Assembly: GCA_964471005.1 (NCBI GenBank)
Contig: CAYYIC010000002.1
Location: 1 to 32,818, forward strand
DNA from: an uncultured Staphylococcaceae bacterium
GTDB lineage: Bacteria; Bacillota_I; Bacilli_A; RFN20; CAG-826
Direction of reading: 5' to 3'
DNA: 32,818 bases
Made by a program: the position numbers and the translations under genes. Each line of letters starts with the position of its first letter. Position 1 is the stretch's first letter. A model generated the notes under the pieces. That model ran no database searches and was not told where the DNA came from. It worked only from the letters and a program-made list of their open reading frames with translations. Shown piece after piece: positions 8,709 to 17,466 of the stretch.

Positions 8709-10722
8709 ATTTGCTTTCTCCTTCGGCCGCCGGCGCCACGGTCATTGGTGCTTGATTTTTTGTCTCATCGACTGGGAGCGAACGATTTTTCAATAAGTAT
8801 TCGATTTCCTCAGCCGTGATTGTCTCGCGCTCGAGAAGCGTCTCGGCGATGAGAATTACGTCGTCTTTATGCTCGGTGATAACAGTTTTGGCGATCGTGT
8901 GAGCATCGTCGATGATACGGCGGACTTCGGTATCGATTTCATAAGCGATTTGCGTCGAAAAGTTTTTCTGTGTCGAAGTGTAATCGCGGCCCAAGAAAAC
9001 AGAACCCGAATCCTTTTCATATTGAATCGGTCCAAGTGAACTCATTCCATATTCGGTGACCATCAGACGGGCGATGCGCGTTGCGACTTCGATGTCGTTA
9101 TGGGCGCCGGTGGAAATATCATCGAAGAATATTTCTTCAGATGAGCGGCCGCCGAGGTAGCCGATAATGCGCGCTTCAAGTTCTTTTTTCGTCAGCAAGA
9201 AACGGTCTTCTTCGGGCGTCATCATCACGTGACCTCCCGTTCTACCACGAGGGATAATCGTTATCTTCTGAACTTTATCTGAATGTTTTAAATTGAGGCC
9301 GATAATCGCGTGGCCAGCTTCGTGGAAGGCGATGGCGCGGCGCTCGTGCGGGTTAAGAGCTCTAGAGCTCTTGGCAGGACCAGCGATACGGCGATCAATC
9401 GCCTCATCAATTTCTTTGATAGAAACTTTATCTTTCCCGCCGCGGACAGCAAGGATTGCTGCCTCATTTAAAATATTGGCAATATCGGCTCCCGAGAAAC
9501 CGACGGTGCGGCGAGCGAGTTGCCCAAAGTCCACGGTCTCATCGATAACTTTGCCGCGAGCATGAACTTTAAAAATTTCTTCACGGCCTTTGCGGTCGGG
9601 TAAATTGACGGTAATTTGACGATCGAAACGGCCGGCGCGAAGCAACGCTGGATCGAGAACGTCTTCACGGTTGGTCGCCGCGATGACAATAATCCCGGAG
9701 TTATCAGAGAAGCCATCCATTTCAACTAAAAGTTGGTTCAAAGTTTGCTCGCGCTCATCGTTGCCCCCACCGAGACCGGCGCCTCTTTGGCGACCGACGG
9801 CATCGAGTTCGTCGATGAAGACGAGACACGGAGCGGTTTGTTTGGCTTTGCGGAACATATCGCGAACGCGACCAGCGCCGACGCCGACGAACATTTCGAC
9901 AAAGTCGGAACCCGAAATAGAATAGAAAGGTACGCCAGCTTCCCCGGCGACGGCTTTGGCCAACAGCGTCTTACCAGTTCCAGGTGGGCCGACAAGGAGG
10001 ACACCTTTTGGAAGTTTCGCGCCGAATTTGGCGAATTTACGAGGTTCTTTTAAATACTGAACAATTTCAATCATCTCAGCTTTTTCTTCATCGCAACCGG
10101 CGACGTCGCTAAAGCGGACCTTGGCGTTGTCTTCACGTCGAGCCCTCGAACGATTGAAATCCATAGCTTTGGTATTTGAGTTATTAACGGAATTATTTAA
10201 ACGGGAGAAAAAGAATAAGGAGACGACGACTACACCGCCCAAAAGCAAGATGGTCGGTCCCCAGTTTTGCCACCAACTGACTTCAAAAGCATCGGTGTCG
10301 ACGAAGAAAGCACCATTATCGGCGTTCGGACGAAGGGCGTTGTATTGCTGAATTTCAGCTTTGAATAATGACGAATAGCTCGGGTGGGGATCGGCTTCGC
10401 CAACGACTTCAAATGAATTGTGAAATAATTCGTTAGGAATCATGACTTCGTATGAACCTTCTTTGTCTTTGTCTTTGTTATAATAGATGCCACTGACCTT
10501 GGTAGTCTGATACCCTGAGCTGCTGGTCGCCGTCTTTATGACATAAGAGTTGAGATTGGTGTCTAAGTCGTTGCCGGCGGCTGGGTTTCCTGATAAGTAC
10601 CAAACTTCTGGTTTGCCTTGCATCGAAATAATGAGCCAGACAAAGGCAAAAATCGCCACCGCCATCAATAGGTATGGCAGGATGTATCCAAAGATCGATT
10701 TTCTGGGTTTAGCTTCGTTCAT
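8707..10722 (-). CDS. ftsH: ATP-dependent zinc metalloprotease FtsH
   Basis: 671 aa. N-terminal TM helix, a long extracytoplasmic segment, then a second TM helix. Walker A GPPGTGKT, Walker B VFIDELD, zinc motif HEAGHA. Confidence 0.97.
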   Translation of the reverse strand: MNEAKPRKSIFGYILPYLLMAVAIFAFVWLIISMQGKPEVWYLSGNPAAGNDLDTNLNSYVIKTATSSSGYQTTKVSGIYYNKDKDKEGSYEVMIPNELFHNSFEVVGEADPHPSYSSLFKAEIQQYNALRPNADNGAFFVDTDAFEVSWWQNWGPTILLLGGVVVVSLFFFSRLNNSVNNSNTKAMDFNRSRARREDNAKVRFSDVAGCDEEKAEMIEIVQYLKEPRKFAKFGAKLPKGVLLVGPPGTGKTLLAKAVAGEAGVPFYSISGSDFVEMFVGVGAGRVRDMFRKAKQTAPCLVFIDELDAVGRQRGAGLGGGNDEREQTLNQLLVEMDGFSDNSGIIVIAATNREDVLDPALLRAGRFDRQITVNLPDRKGREEIFKVHARGKVIDETVDFGQLARRTVGFSGADIANILNEAAILAVRGGKDKVSIKEIDEAIDRRIAGPAKSSRALNPHERRAIAFHEAGHAIIGLNLKHSDKVQKITIIPRGRTGGHVMMTPEEDRFLLTKKELEARIIGYLGGRSSEEIFFDDISTGAHNDIEVATRIARLMVTEYGMSSLGPIQYEKDSGSVFLGRDYTSTQKNFSTQIAYEIDTEVRRIIDDAHTIAKTVITEHKDDVILIAETLLERETITAEEIEYLLKNRSLPVDETKNQAPMTVAPAAEGESK

Positions 10723-10891
10723 ATGACCTCCTGAGGTTATTTACGTCTTGTTAATTTATTAAACTGATAAGCAGTAATTTGACCGTAAGTAGCATAAATT
10801 ATAAACAACGAACGCAATTAATAATAACAAAATAAATAAATATTTTGACCGCTTGATTCAAGTAAAATTCTTCTGTCGTGAGTAAAGGTAG

Positions 10892-12118
10892 TTATACTAC
10901 CTTAATCTCGAATTTGGTCTTTTTGTCACCCACGAAATCTTTCCGGTATCTTGGGACATATATAATTGTCCCACTCTTGTTGGCGACAAGCGGCCAGACA
11001 GCGCGAAGACGAGTCGGCATTTTCCAATCGATAAAAAGGCGCCTGACTTCGCAGAGATGGCCTCCGACTTCATAGCGGTCTCCCGCTTTGGCGGTGCGAA
11101 TTGTCAAGGGATAATCTTCAGGATGAATATTGCGGTCTGACGCACCCTGGCTGAAGTCGAGTGAGAAAAATTCCGAGTCGAGTTTTCCCGGTTTTTCTAA
11201 GACAAAAGAATAAGCGAAATTTTTATTCCTTGATAGCGCCAAGACGTCATATTCTTTGGCGATTGCCGTTTGGGCGTTGAGCTCAATTTTGATATTTGGC
11301 GTCTTCGACTGGCAGGCCTTGCGTATTTCAAGCAGTTGCGCCGAACTGACAGGCACGAAAATATTGTTATTTTTTAGAAATTGTTCAATCGCCAAAACAA
11401 AATCTTTGTCTGATAAAGGCATAAGCGGTTTTATCGGCAATTCCTTCTTGCCGCGGACGTTCTTCTCGATTTCGGTTTTTTTAGCGAGGAGTGCATCGTT
11501 GTTTTCGTTGATTTCTTTGAGGATTTGGTAGCGTTCAATCTCTGTTAGTTTGGCGACGACCTCGAGCCTGATTTTGTTGCGTAAATACTTGGTTTCAAAA
11601 TTGCTCATGTCGATTGAAAAAGGCACTCGGTTTTCGTGGCAATAATCGAGGAGATCCTGTTTTGAAAAAGAAAGCAGAGGACGGATAATTGTCATGTTTT
11701 TCATATGAATGATAGGTTCAATGCCATAATAATTAACGCGGCTTTTGCGCTGTTTTTGAATGAGATATGTTTCGATGAGGTCGTCTTGTTGGTGGGCGAC
11801 AAAAAGGGCTTTGGCTTGGTGTTTTTCGTACATATCAGCGAAAAATTGATAGCGGAGTTCGCGGGCCCATGATTGGAAATTGCCTCGAGAGGTTTTCGGG
11901 GCATCGAACTTTTCAAAACCGAGATTGTTTTGGAGGCAAAAAGCGCGCATTGATTCTTCCTCAAAGTCGCTGATATTCCGCTTGTGATAATTGACGTGGC
12001 AAACGACGATCTTCGCTGTTTTTTGCATCATAAGGTGAAGGAGGGCCATCGAATCAGGACCATGTGAACAGGCGACGAGATAGGTGGAATCTTTCTCAAA
12101 CGGATAGTTGATAATCAT
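10892..12118 (-). CDS. tilS: tRNA(Ile)-lysidine synthetase TilS
   Basis: 408 aa. N-type ATP-pyrophosphatase PP-loop region, here the variant SHGPDS. TilS C-terminal block LFIDWKMPTRLRAVWPLV. Conserved position upstream of ftsH. Confidence 0.85.
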   Translation of the reverse strand: MIINYPFEKDSTYLVACSHGPDSMALLHLMMQKTAKIVVCHVNYHKRNISDFEEESMRAFCLQNNLGFEKFDAPKTSRGNFQSWARELRYQFFADMYEKHQAKALFVAHQQDDLIETYLIQKQRKSRVNYYGIEPIIHMKNMTIIRPLLSFSKQDLLDYCHENRVPFSIDMSNFETKYLRNKIRLEVVAKLTEIERYQILKEINENNDALLAKKTEIEKNVRGKKELPIKPLMPLSDKDFVLAIEQFLKNNNIFVPVSSAQLLEIRKACQSKTPNIKIELNAQTAIAKEYDVLALSRNKNFAYSFVLEKPGKLDSEFFSLDFSQGASDRNIHPEDYPLTIRTAKAGDRYEVGGHLCEVRRLFIDWKMPTRLRAVWPLVANKSGTIIYVPRYRKDFVGDKKTKFEIKVV

Positions 12119-12388
12119 TTAGGATCTCCTTTCCAGAGTATTCTCTTGGTAGAGAACTTCATACATGTCTTCGGCATCTTGGAGGTTAGCGCACTCATTG
12201 AGGAGCAACACTTTAACTCCGATTGTATTACGACCTAGGTGCAATTCAAGTTCATCACCAATCTTGACTTCGCTGGAAGGTTTGGCGGTCTTGCCGTTTA
12301 TTAAAATCCGACCTCCGTCCGCCACTTCTTTAGCGACGGAACGGCGCTTGATTAAGCGTGATACTTTAAGATAACGGTCCAATCTCAT
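12119..12388 (-). CDS. rqcP: S4-domain RNA-binding protein, YabO/RqcP (Hsp15-like) family
   Basis: 89 aa. MRLDRYLKVSRLIKRRSVAKEVADGGRILINGKTAKPSSEVKIGDEL closely resembles my recollection of B. subtilis YabO. Its stop codon abuts the tilS ATG. Confidence 0.8.
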   Translation of the reverse strand: MRLDRYLKVSRLIKRRSVAKEVADGGRILINGKTAKPSSEVKIGDELELHLGRNTIGVKVLLLNECANLQDAEDMYEVLYQENTLERRS

Positions 12389-12406
12389 ATTTATATTTTA
12401 CAACCC

Positions 12407-15400
12407 CTAGTGTTTTTTAACACTGACATTGTATAGTTCGCTGATGATGGTTAGAAGTTCTTCTACATCATTCATCCACTCGCCGCTTTTTCTTATGCGA
12501 ATTTTCAAGATTCTTTGGATATATGATACTTTTACTTTAGTAAGATAAGGCATTATTCGTTCAAAGAGAGCATTTCCGATGCCGTTGATCGCTGAAAATT
12601 CTTTTGAGAGTATAACGCTTATCTCATCGTCGTATTCAAGAATTTCAGAAAAAGCCTTTCCAGATGACAGCAAGTCAATTCGCCTTTGTCTTAAGAGTGT
12701 CTCAACCTCATGGGGGATACGACCATAAACATCGCGCATCCGATTGCTAACTTTCGTAAGCGTTTCGATATTTTTCGCCGACTCGATTTCTTGATAGAGT
12801 TCAATCTTGTCCTTTTTTTCGGCATAGTTTGCGGGAATATAAGCTTCGACGTTAAAAAGGTGCGCGGCTTTGGGCTCTTCAATTGGATTGCCGGTTTTCT
12901 TCTCTTCAATTGCCTCAGATAACATCTTGAGATATAGGTCAATGCCGACTGAATCGATAAAGCCCGCTTGTTCGGGGCCGAGGATATCGCCAGCGCCGCG
13001 AATCATCAAATCGCGCTGTGCGATTTTGTAGCCACTCCCAAGTTCGGTAAAGTCTTGAATAGCTTTGAGTCTCTTGACGGCCTTTTCATTAATCGTTTTA
13101 TACTCTTTATAAAATAAATAAGCGTAGGCGATTCGGCTACCGCGACCAACTCGACCTTTAATCTGATAAAGCTGTGAAAGTCCGAAATGATCAGCATCCT
13201 CAATGATGATAAGATTTGCGTTGGCAATGTCGATGCCGTTTTCAATAATTGATGTCGCAACAAGAATATTTAAGTTTCCCGCGTAGAAGTTCATCATCAC
13301 ATCTTCAATTTCTTCACGACCCATCTGCCCGTGGACAATGCCGATTCTAGCATCGCTAATTTTTCGTTGAAGGCGATTCGCGGTCTGATAGATAGATGAG
13401 ACTTGATTGTGAACATAAAAAACCTGGCCATCACGACTCAATTCACGCTCGATTAATTCTTTGATAATATCCTCACGATATTGCATGACGTAAGTTTGAA
13501 TCGGCATGCGGTTGATCGGAGCGGTATTGATTTGCGATAGTTGGCGAATGCCCAATAGCGAAATTTGTAGGGTACGCGGTATCGGAGTCGCACTTAAGGT
13601 TAAGACGTCGACGTTTGTTTTGATTTCCTTAATCCGCTCTTTTTGTTCGACCCCAAAACGCTGTTCTTCATCGACAATCAAAAGACCAAGATCTTTAAAT
13701 ATGATGTCTTTAGATAAAAGGCGATGAGTGCCAATGATGAGATTAGCTTCTCCGCATTCGACTTGCTTTAAATATTTGCGTTGCTGAGCTTCGGTAATTA
13801 GTCGAGAAAACACTGCAATTCGCACACCAAAATTTGAAAAACGCTCGATAGCGCGTTCATAATGCTGCCTAGCCAGAAGAGTGGTGGGACATAGAATTGC
13901 AGCTTGCTTGCCGTTTGAAATTGCTTTAAAGGCGACTCGAAAAGCGACTTCGGTTTTGCCAAAGCCCACATCTCCGCACAATAGGCGATCCATCGATTCT
14001 GGCTTTTCCATGTCGACTTTAATTTCGGCAAGCGCCTCGTTTTGATCAGGTGTCAACTCAAAGGGAAATTCGTCTTCAAATAGCCTTTGCAATTCATCGT
14101 CTTTTTTAAATGCATAACCGGGAATTTGAATTCTTTCCTTGTAGAGAGCAACCAATCTTTCTGCTAATTCGTTGACGCGATTTTTTATTCGCGATTTTGT
14201 CTTCTCCCACTCGTTTCCACCGAGGTGGTTAAGCTTTGGAGACGCCCCTTCTTTTCCGGCGAATTTGCGTATTAATCTAAATTGTGAAAGCGGAACGTAC
14301 AAAACATCGGTGCCGGCATAAGCAATATGTAAAAAATCGCGTTTGTTACCATCGATTTCAAGAGTTACTATATCGATAAACTGACCAATCCCGTTGTATT
14401 CGTGAACGACGTAATCACCACTTTCTAATTCATCAAAAGATTTTAATATTGTTGATTCTTTAAAGCGGTTCATGAAGCGCGAACGATGCGTTTTGTATCC
14501 AAGTAATTCTTTACTTGATAGGTAACAGATTTTCTCGTCGGCGATCTCAAAACCTTCATTGATGTCAAAGATCGCGATTCCTAATTTTTCTTTAGGAAGT
14601 TCAAGATCCCGAACTACTTCGAAGGCAATATCAGCATCTGTTAACAAATTTTTGGCGGTATCGAACTGCTGTTTGTTCGATAGGGCCAATACAACTTTGT
14701 CGTTTGTCGAAAGATACGATTGAACGGTGGGTAAGATATTCATATATGAGGTGCTGGATGACAAGATAGGCCGCACTTTAAATTCGATGTCGTCGCTACT
14801 TTCCACATATTTTTTACTAAAAAGTGGCTTGAAAATTCCTTTAAATATCGCATCCCAATTCCGATAGATTTCTAGATGAGATATGATTTTGCCTTCGCCG
14901 ACCAATTCATCTAAATATTCGCGCGCTTCAATTTGCGATATTTCTAACGATGCCATGATCGCTTCTTTGTTAACGCCAAAAAATAAATCGAAATCCGCAT
15001 AATCCAAAATCGAATGGTGCTCGCGTTGCGCGTATCCATAATATTTATAATTGCGGGGGTGATTTTGTCCGCTTTTAATGCGTTCATAGTCTTCTCTCGT
15101 AGCACATAATAAAAAGTCTTTTTCATCACTTGAAAGCAACATTCCGTCTTTAAGTGCTTGTTGCTCGACATTGACTTCAAGGCGAGATATTTCTTCTTCT
15201 GAAAATAAGACGTCGCTCGCCGGAGTGATAATAATTTCGGAAAGATGGCCATTTGATGTTTGCGTGGCGATATCAAAGGTGCGGATTGATTCAATTTCGT
15301 CATCAAAAAACTCAATGCGGACGGGATTGGGATTGTTAACGCTAAATATGTCTAAGATGTCACCGCGGGACGCAAACTGCATGCTCTGATCGATTTTGCC

Positions 15401-15778
15401 GACGCGGGCATATCCACCTCTTGCTAGTTTTCGACGCAGTTCAGCCAAGTTAATTTTCTGTCCAATCCGCAGATTAAACGTCAAGCTTTTAAAGAGTTGG
15501 GGTGATGGCAAAAATCTCGTCAGAGAAGAGGTGTGGGCGACGAGAATTTTGTTTTTGTTATTTTGGAGTTCACTCATCACATACAGGCGCTGAGCCATCA
15601 ATTCCTTGGAGGAAGTTATCGTTTCGGCTCGCAGTAAATCATCATTAGGAAAAAGCAAAACGTTTTCGTCGCCAATTAAGGCTCCGAGAAGTTCGTAGAC
15701 GCTTTGAGCATTGTATAGATTCGAAGTAATAATCGCGTAATTTGTGGCTTTTTTGTGGAAAAGTCCCGCAAATAGCAA
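12407..15778 (-). CDS. mfd: Transcription-repair coupling factor Mfd; the true start is probably upstream, candidate CTG at 15877
   Basis: 1123 aa from a TTG at 15778. Walker A GDVGFGKTEVA, DEEQRFG, SATPIPRTL, and a TRG/translocation region. The same frame stays open for 38 more codons up to the pth stop, and that stretch looks like the conserved Mfd N-terminus (see findings). Confidence 0.93.
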   Translation of the reverse strand: MLFAGLFHKKATNYAIITSNLYNAQSVYELLGALIGDENVLLFPNDDLLRAETITSSKELMAQRLYVMSELQNNKNKILVAHTSSLTRFLPSPQLFKSLTFNLRIGQKINLAELRRKLARGGYARVGKIDQSMQFASRGDILDIFSVNNPNPVRIEFFDDEIESIRTFDIATQTSNGHLSEIIITPASDVLFSEEEISRLEVNVEQQALKDGMLLSSDEKDFLLCATREDYERIKSGQNHPRNYKYYGYAQREHHSILDYADFDLFFGVNKEAIMASLEISQIEAREYLDELVGEGKIISHLEIYRNWDAIFKGIFKPLFSKKYVESSDDIEFKVRPILSSSTSYMNILPTVQSYLSTNDKVVLALSNKQQFDTAKNLLTDADIAFEVVRDLELPKEKLGIAIFDINEGFEIADEKICYLSSKELLGYKTHRSRFMNRFKESTILKSFDELESGDYVVHEYNGIGQFIDIVTLEIDGNKRDFLHIAYAGTDVLYVPLSQFRLIRKFAGKEGASPKLNHLGGNEWEKTKSRIKNRVNELAERLVALYKERIQIPGYAFKKDDELQRLFEDEFPFELTPDQNEALAEIKVDMEKPESMDRLLCGDVGFGKTEVAFRVAFKAISNGKQAAILCPTTLLARQHYERAIERFSNFGVRIAVFSRLITEAQQRKYLKQVECGEANLIIGTHRLLSKDIIFKDLGLLIVDEEQRFGVEQKERIKEIKTNVDVLTLSATPIPRTLQISLLGIRQLSQINTAPINRMPIQTYVMQYREDIIKELIERELSRDGQVFYVHNQVSSIYQTANRLQRKISDARIGIVHGQMGREEIEDVMMNFYAGNLNILVATSIIENGIDIANANLIIIEDADHFGLSQLYQIKGRVGRGSRIAYAYLFYKEYKTINEKAVKRLKAIQDFTELGSGYKIAQRDLMIRGAGDILGPEQAGFIDSVGIDLYLKMLSEAIEEKKTGNPIEEPKAAHLFNVEAYIPANYAEKKDKIELYQEIESAKNIETLTKVSNRMRDVYGRIPHEVETLLRQRRIDLLSSGKAFSEILEYDDEISVILSKEFSAINGIGNALFERIMPYLTKVKVSYIQRILKIRIRKSGEWMNDVEELLTIISELYNVSVKKH

Positions 15779-15888
15779 GGAAATTCCAATCGTGTCATCA
15801 ACGACAAAAGACCCTCTTTTTTCAAGGAGGGAGGTGGCGGCTTTAGTCTTGGCGATACGCTTTAATAATTCGTTCAGATAGTTAGCCT

Positions 15889-16440
15889 CTAGTTATATTT
15901 CGTCATCGCAGAAGTGAACCCGTTTCTCAGATAATCTTTTATTGCTTCGCTCGCTTCACCTATGGCGATGTCGATGGATTGAGCTTGTTCTTTAGTTGGC
16001 TTCCCTAGAACGTAATCAACGCCATCATTCTCCGGTTCTCCAATGCCAATTCTCATCCGCTTGATTTCTTCCGTTTTGAAAGCTTTAATGATGTCTTGAA
16101 TGCCGTTATGACCACCACTTGAGCCCGATGGACGCAAACGAATTCGCCCGGGTTCGAGAGCCATATCATCAAAAACGACTAGAACATCTTGAAGATCAAT
16201 CTTGAAGTATGAGACGATTTCTTGCACGGCGTTCCCTGAGAGGTTCATAAAGGTGGTCGGCTTAAATAAGATAACTTGCTCGCCAAAGATGTTCTCTTTT
16301 GCGTATAGACCGCCAAAAGCTTCCTTGTCGATATTAAGGCCGAGTGAATCAGCAAGAAAATCGACGACGCGGTACCCGAGATTGTGGCGAGTCTTCTCGT
16401 ATTTCTTGCCAGGATTCCCTAGTCCAACAATTAATTTCAT
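15889..16440 (-). CDS. pth: Peptidyl-tRNA hydrolase
   Basis: 183 aa. MKLIVGLGNPGKKYEKTRHNLGY is the canonical Pth N-terminus. Conserved pth-mfd pair. Confidence 0.95.
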   Translation of the reverse strand: MKLIVGLGNPGKKYEKTRHNLGYRVVDFLADSLGLNIDKEAFGGLYAKENIFGEQVILFKPTTFMNLSGNAVQEIVSYFKIDLQDVLVVFDDMALEPGRIRLRPSGSSGGHNGIQDIIKAFKTEEIKRMRIGIGEPENDGVDYVLGKPTKEQAQSIDIAIGEASEAIKDYLRNGFTSAMTKYN

Positions 16441-16460
16441 GCTTCAATCCTACTTTTATT

Positions 16461-16469
16461 ATTATATCA
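16461..16469 (-). promoter_or_regulatory. Candidate extended -10 promoter (TGaTATAAT) for pth-mfd and the genes downstream
   Basis: The reverse complement of 16461-16469 is TGATATAAT, about 20 nt upstream of the pth ATG, within the divergent 108-nt spacer. Confidence 0.45.
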
Positions 16470-16548
16470 ATCTATGGCTGGTGTAGCATGTAAAAATACT
16501 TTGTTTATTCCTTCCTGCTTGCTATTGTTGTAATATTTATTATGAAAT

Positions 16549-17466
16549 ATGAAAAAATACATAAAAGAAAAAGGTTTAGATTTAATAAAAGGTTTGGCAA
16601 TTGGCGTCGCTTTTATCATTCCGGGCGTCAGCGGCGGGACAATGGCGGTTTTACTCAATCTTTACGACAAAATAATTAATTCGATCAATAATCTCACAAA
16701 GAAATTTTTGGAATCGTTTAAAACGCTACTTCCAATCGCCCTTGGGGCTGTCTTGGCGATATTAATATGTTGGTATCCTTTTAAATTAGCGTTTGAACAC
16801 ATCATGATTGTCATGGTCACTTTGTTCGCCGGTTTTATTTTAGGTGGTATGCCTGGCATTTTTGATGAAATCAAAGGCGTTAAGATAAAGCCTATTCATA
16901 TCTTTGTGATGGTAATTTCAATTATCTTCGCTGTCGGACTCGGCGCTTTGTCCGTCCTTTTTGAATTAAACATTCAATCTCTGTACGATTCTCGCCCCTG
17001 GTGGCTTTATATTCTCGTGTTGCTAGCTGGGATTGTCTCTTCATTTGCCCTTGTCATGCCCGGCATTTCCGGATCGATGATTTTGATTGTCTTGGGTTTT
17101 TATACTCCGACGCTCAATTTAATCGACAACTTCTTGGCTTGGACAAATGTTTGGGCATCGATTTCAATTCTTGCCACTTTAGCAGTCGGCGTCGTCATCG
17201 GTGTTTTGCTCGCATCGAAAGTAATCGCCTATCTCCTTAGCCATTTCCACACCGGAACTTTTTATGCAATTATCGGTATCATCATCGGTTCGATAATTGC
17301 CATCTATTACAATTACGAGATTTATGACTACTATGTAACAGTAGGCGTCCGTTGGTGGGAAGTATTGATTTCTGGCATCGCCCTTGTTATCGGGATTGCC
17401 GTTTCGTACATGATCGTGCGTTACAGCCGCAAGAGTAAGCTGAATAAGGAGGTCACTATTTCATGA
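16549..17466 (+). CDS. DUF368 family polytopic membrane protein (PopT-like candidate polyprenyl-phosphate translocase)
   Basis: 305 aa, highly hydrophobic throughout. Contains the two DUF368 signature repeats IIPGVSGGTMAV (16615-16650) and VMPGISGSMILIV (17053-17091). No Shine-Dalgarno upstream. Confidence 0.8.
   Translation: MKKYIKEKGLDLIKGLAIGVAFIIPGVSGGTMAVLLNLYDKIINSINNLTKKFLESFKTLLPIALGAVLAILICWYPFKLAFEHIMIVMVTLFAGFILGGMPGIFDEIKGVKIKPIHIFVMVISIIFAVGLGALSVLFELNIQSLYDSRPWWLYILVLLAGIVSSFALVMPGISGSMILIVLGFYTPTLNLIDNFLAWTNVWASISILATLAVGVVIGVLLASKVIAYLLSHFHTGTFYAIIGIIIGSIIAIYYNYEIYDYYVTVGVRWWEVLISGIALVIGIAVSYMIVRYSRKSKLNKEVTIS

Noticed and set aside
10887-10901. Hairpin GGTAGT-TAT-ACTACC overlapping the tilS stop codon, as a possible terminator before ftsH
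   Set aside because: It has only 6 bp with a 3-nt loop, and on the minus strand it is followed by UUUACU instead of a proper U-tract. It is too weak to annotate as a terminator.
16543-16686. Alternative-frame ATG at 16543 giving a very basic peptide of about 47 aa (MKYEKIHKRKRFRFNKRF...) that overlaps the DUF368 start
   Set aside because: It has no Shine-Dalgarno and is out of frame with a gene carrying clear family motifs from residue 15 onward. The basic composition is what an A-rich region gives in that frame.
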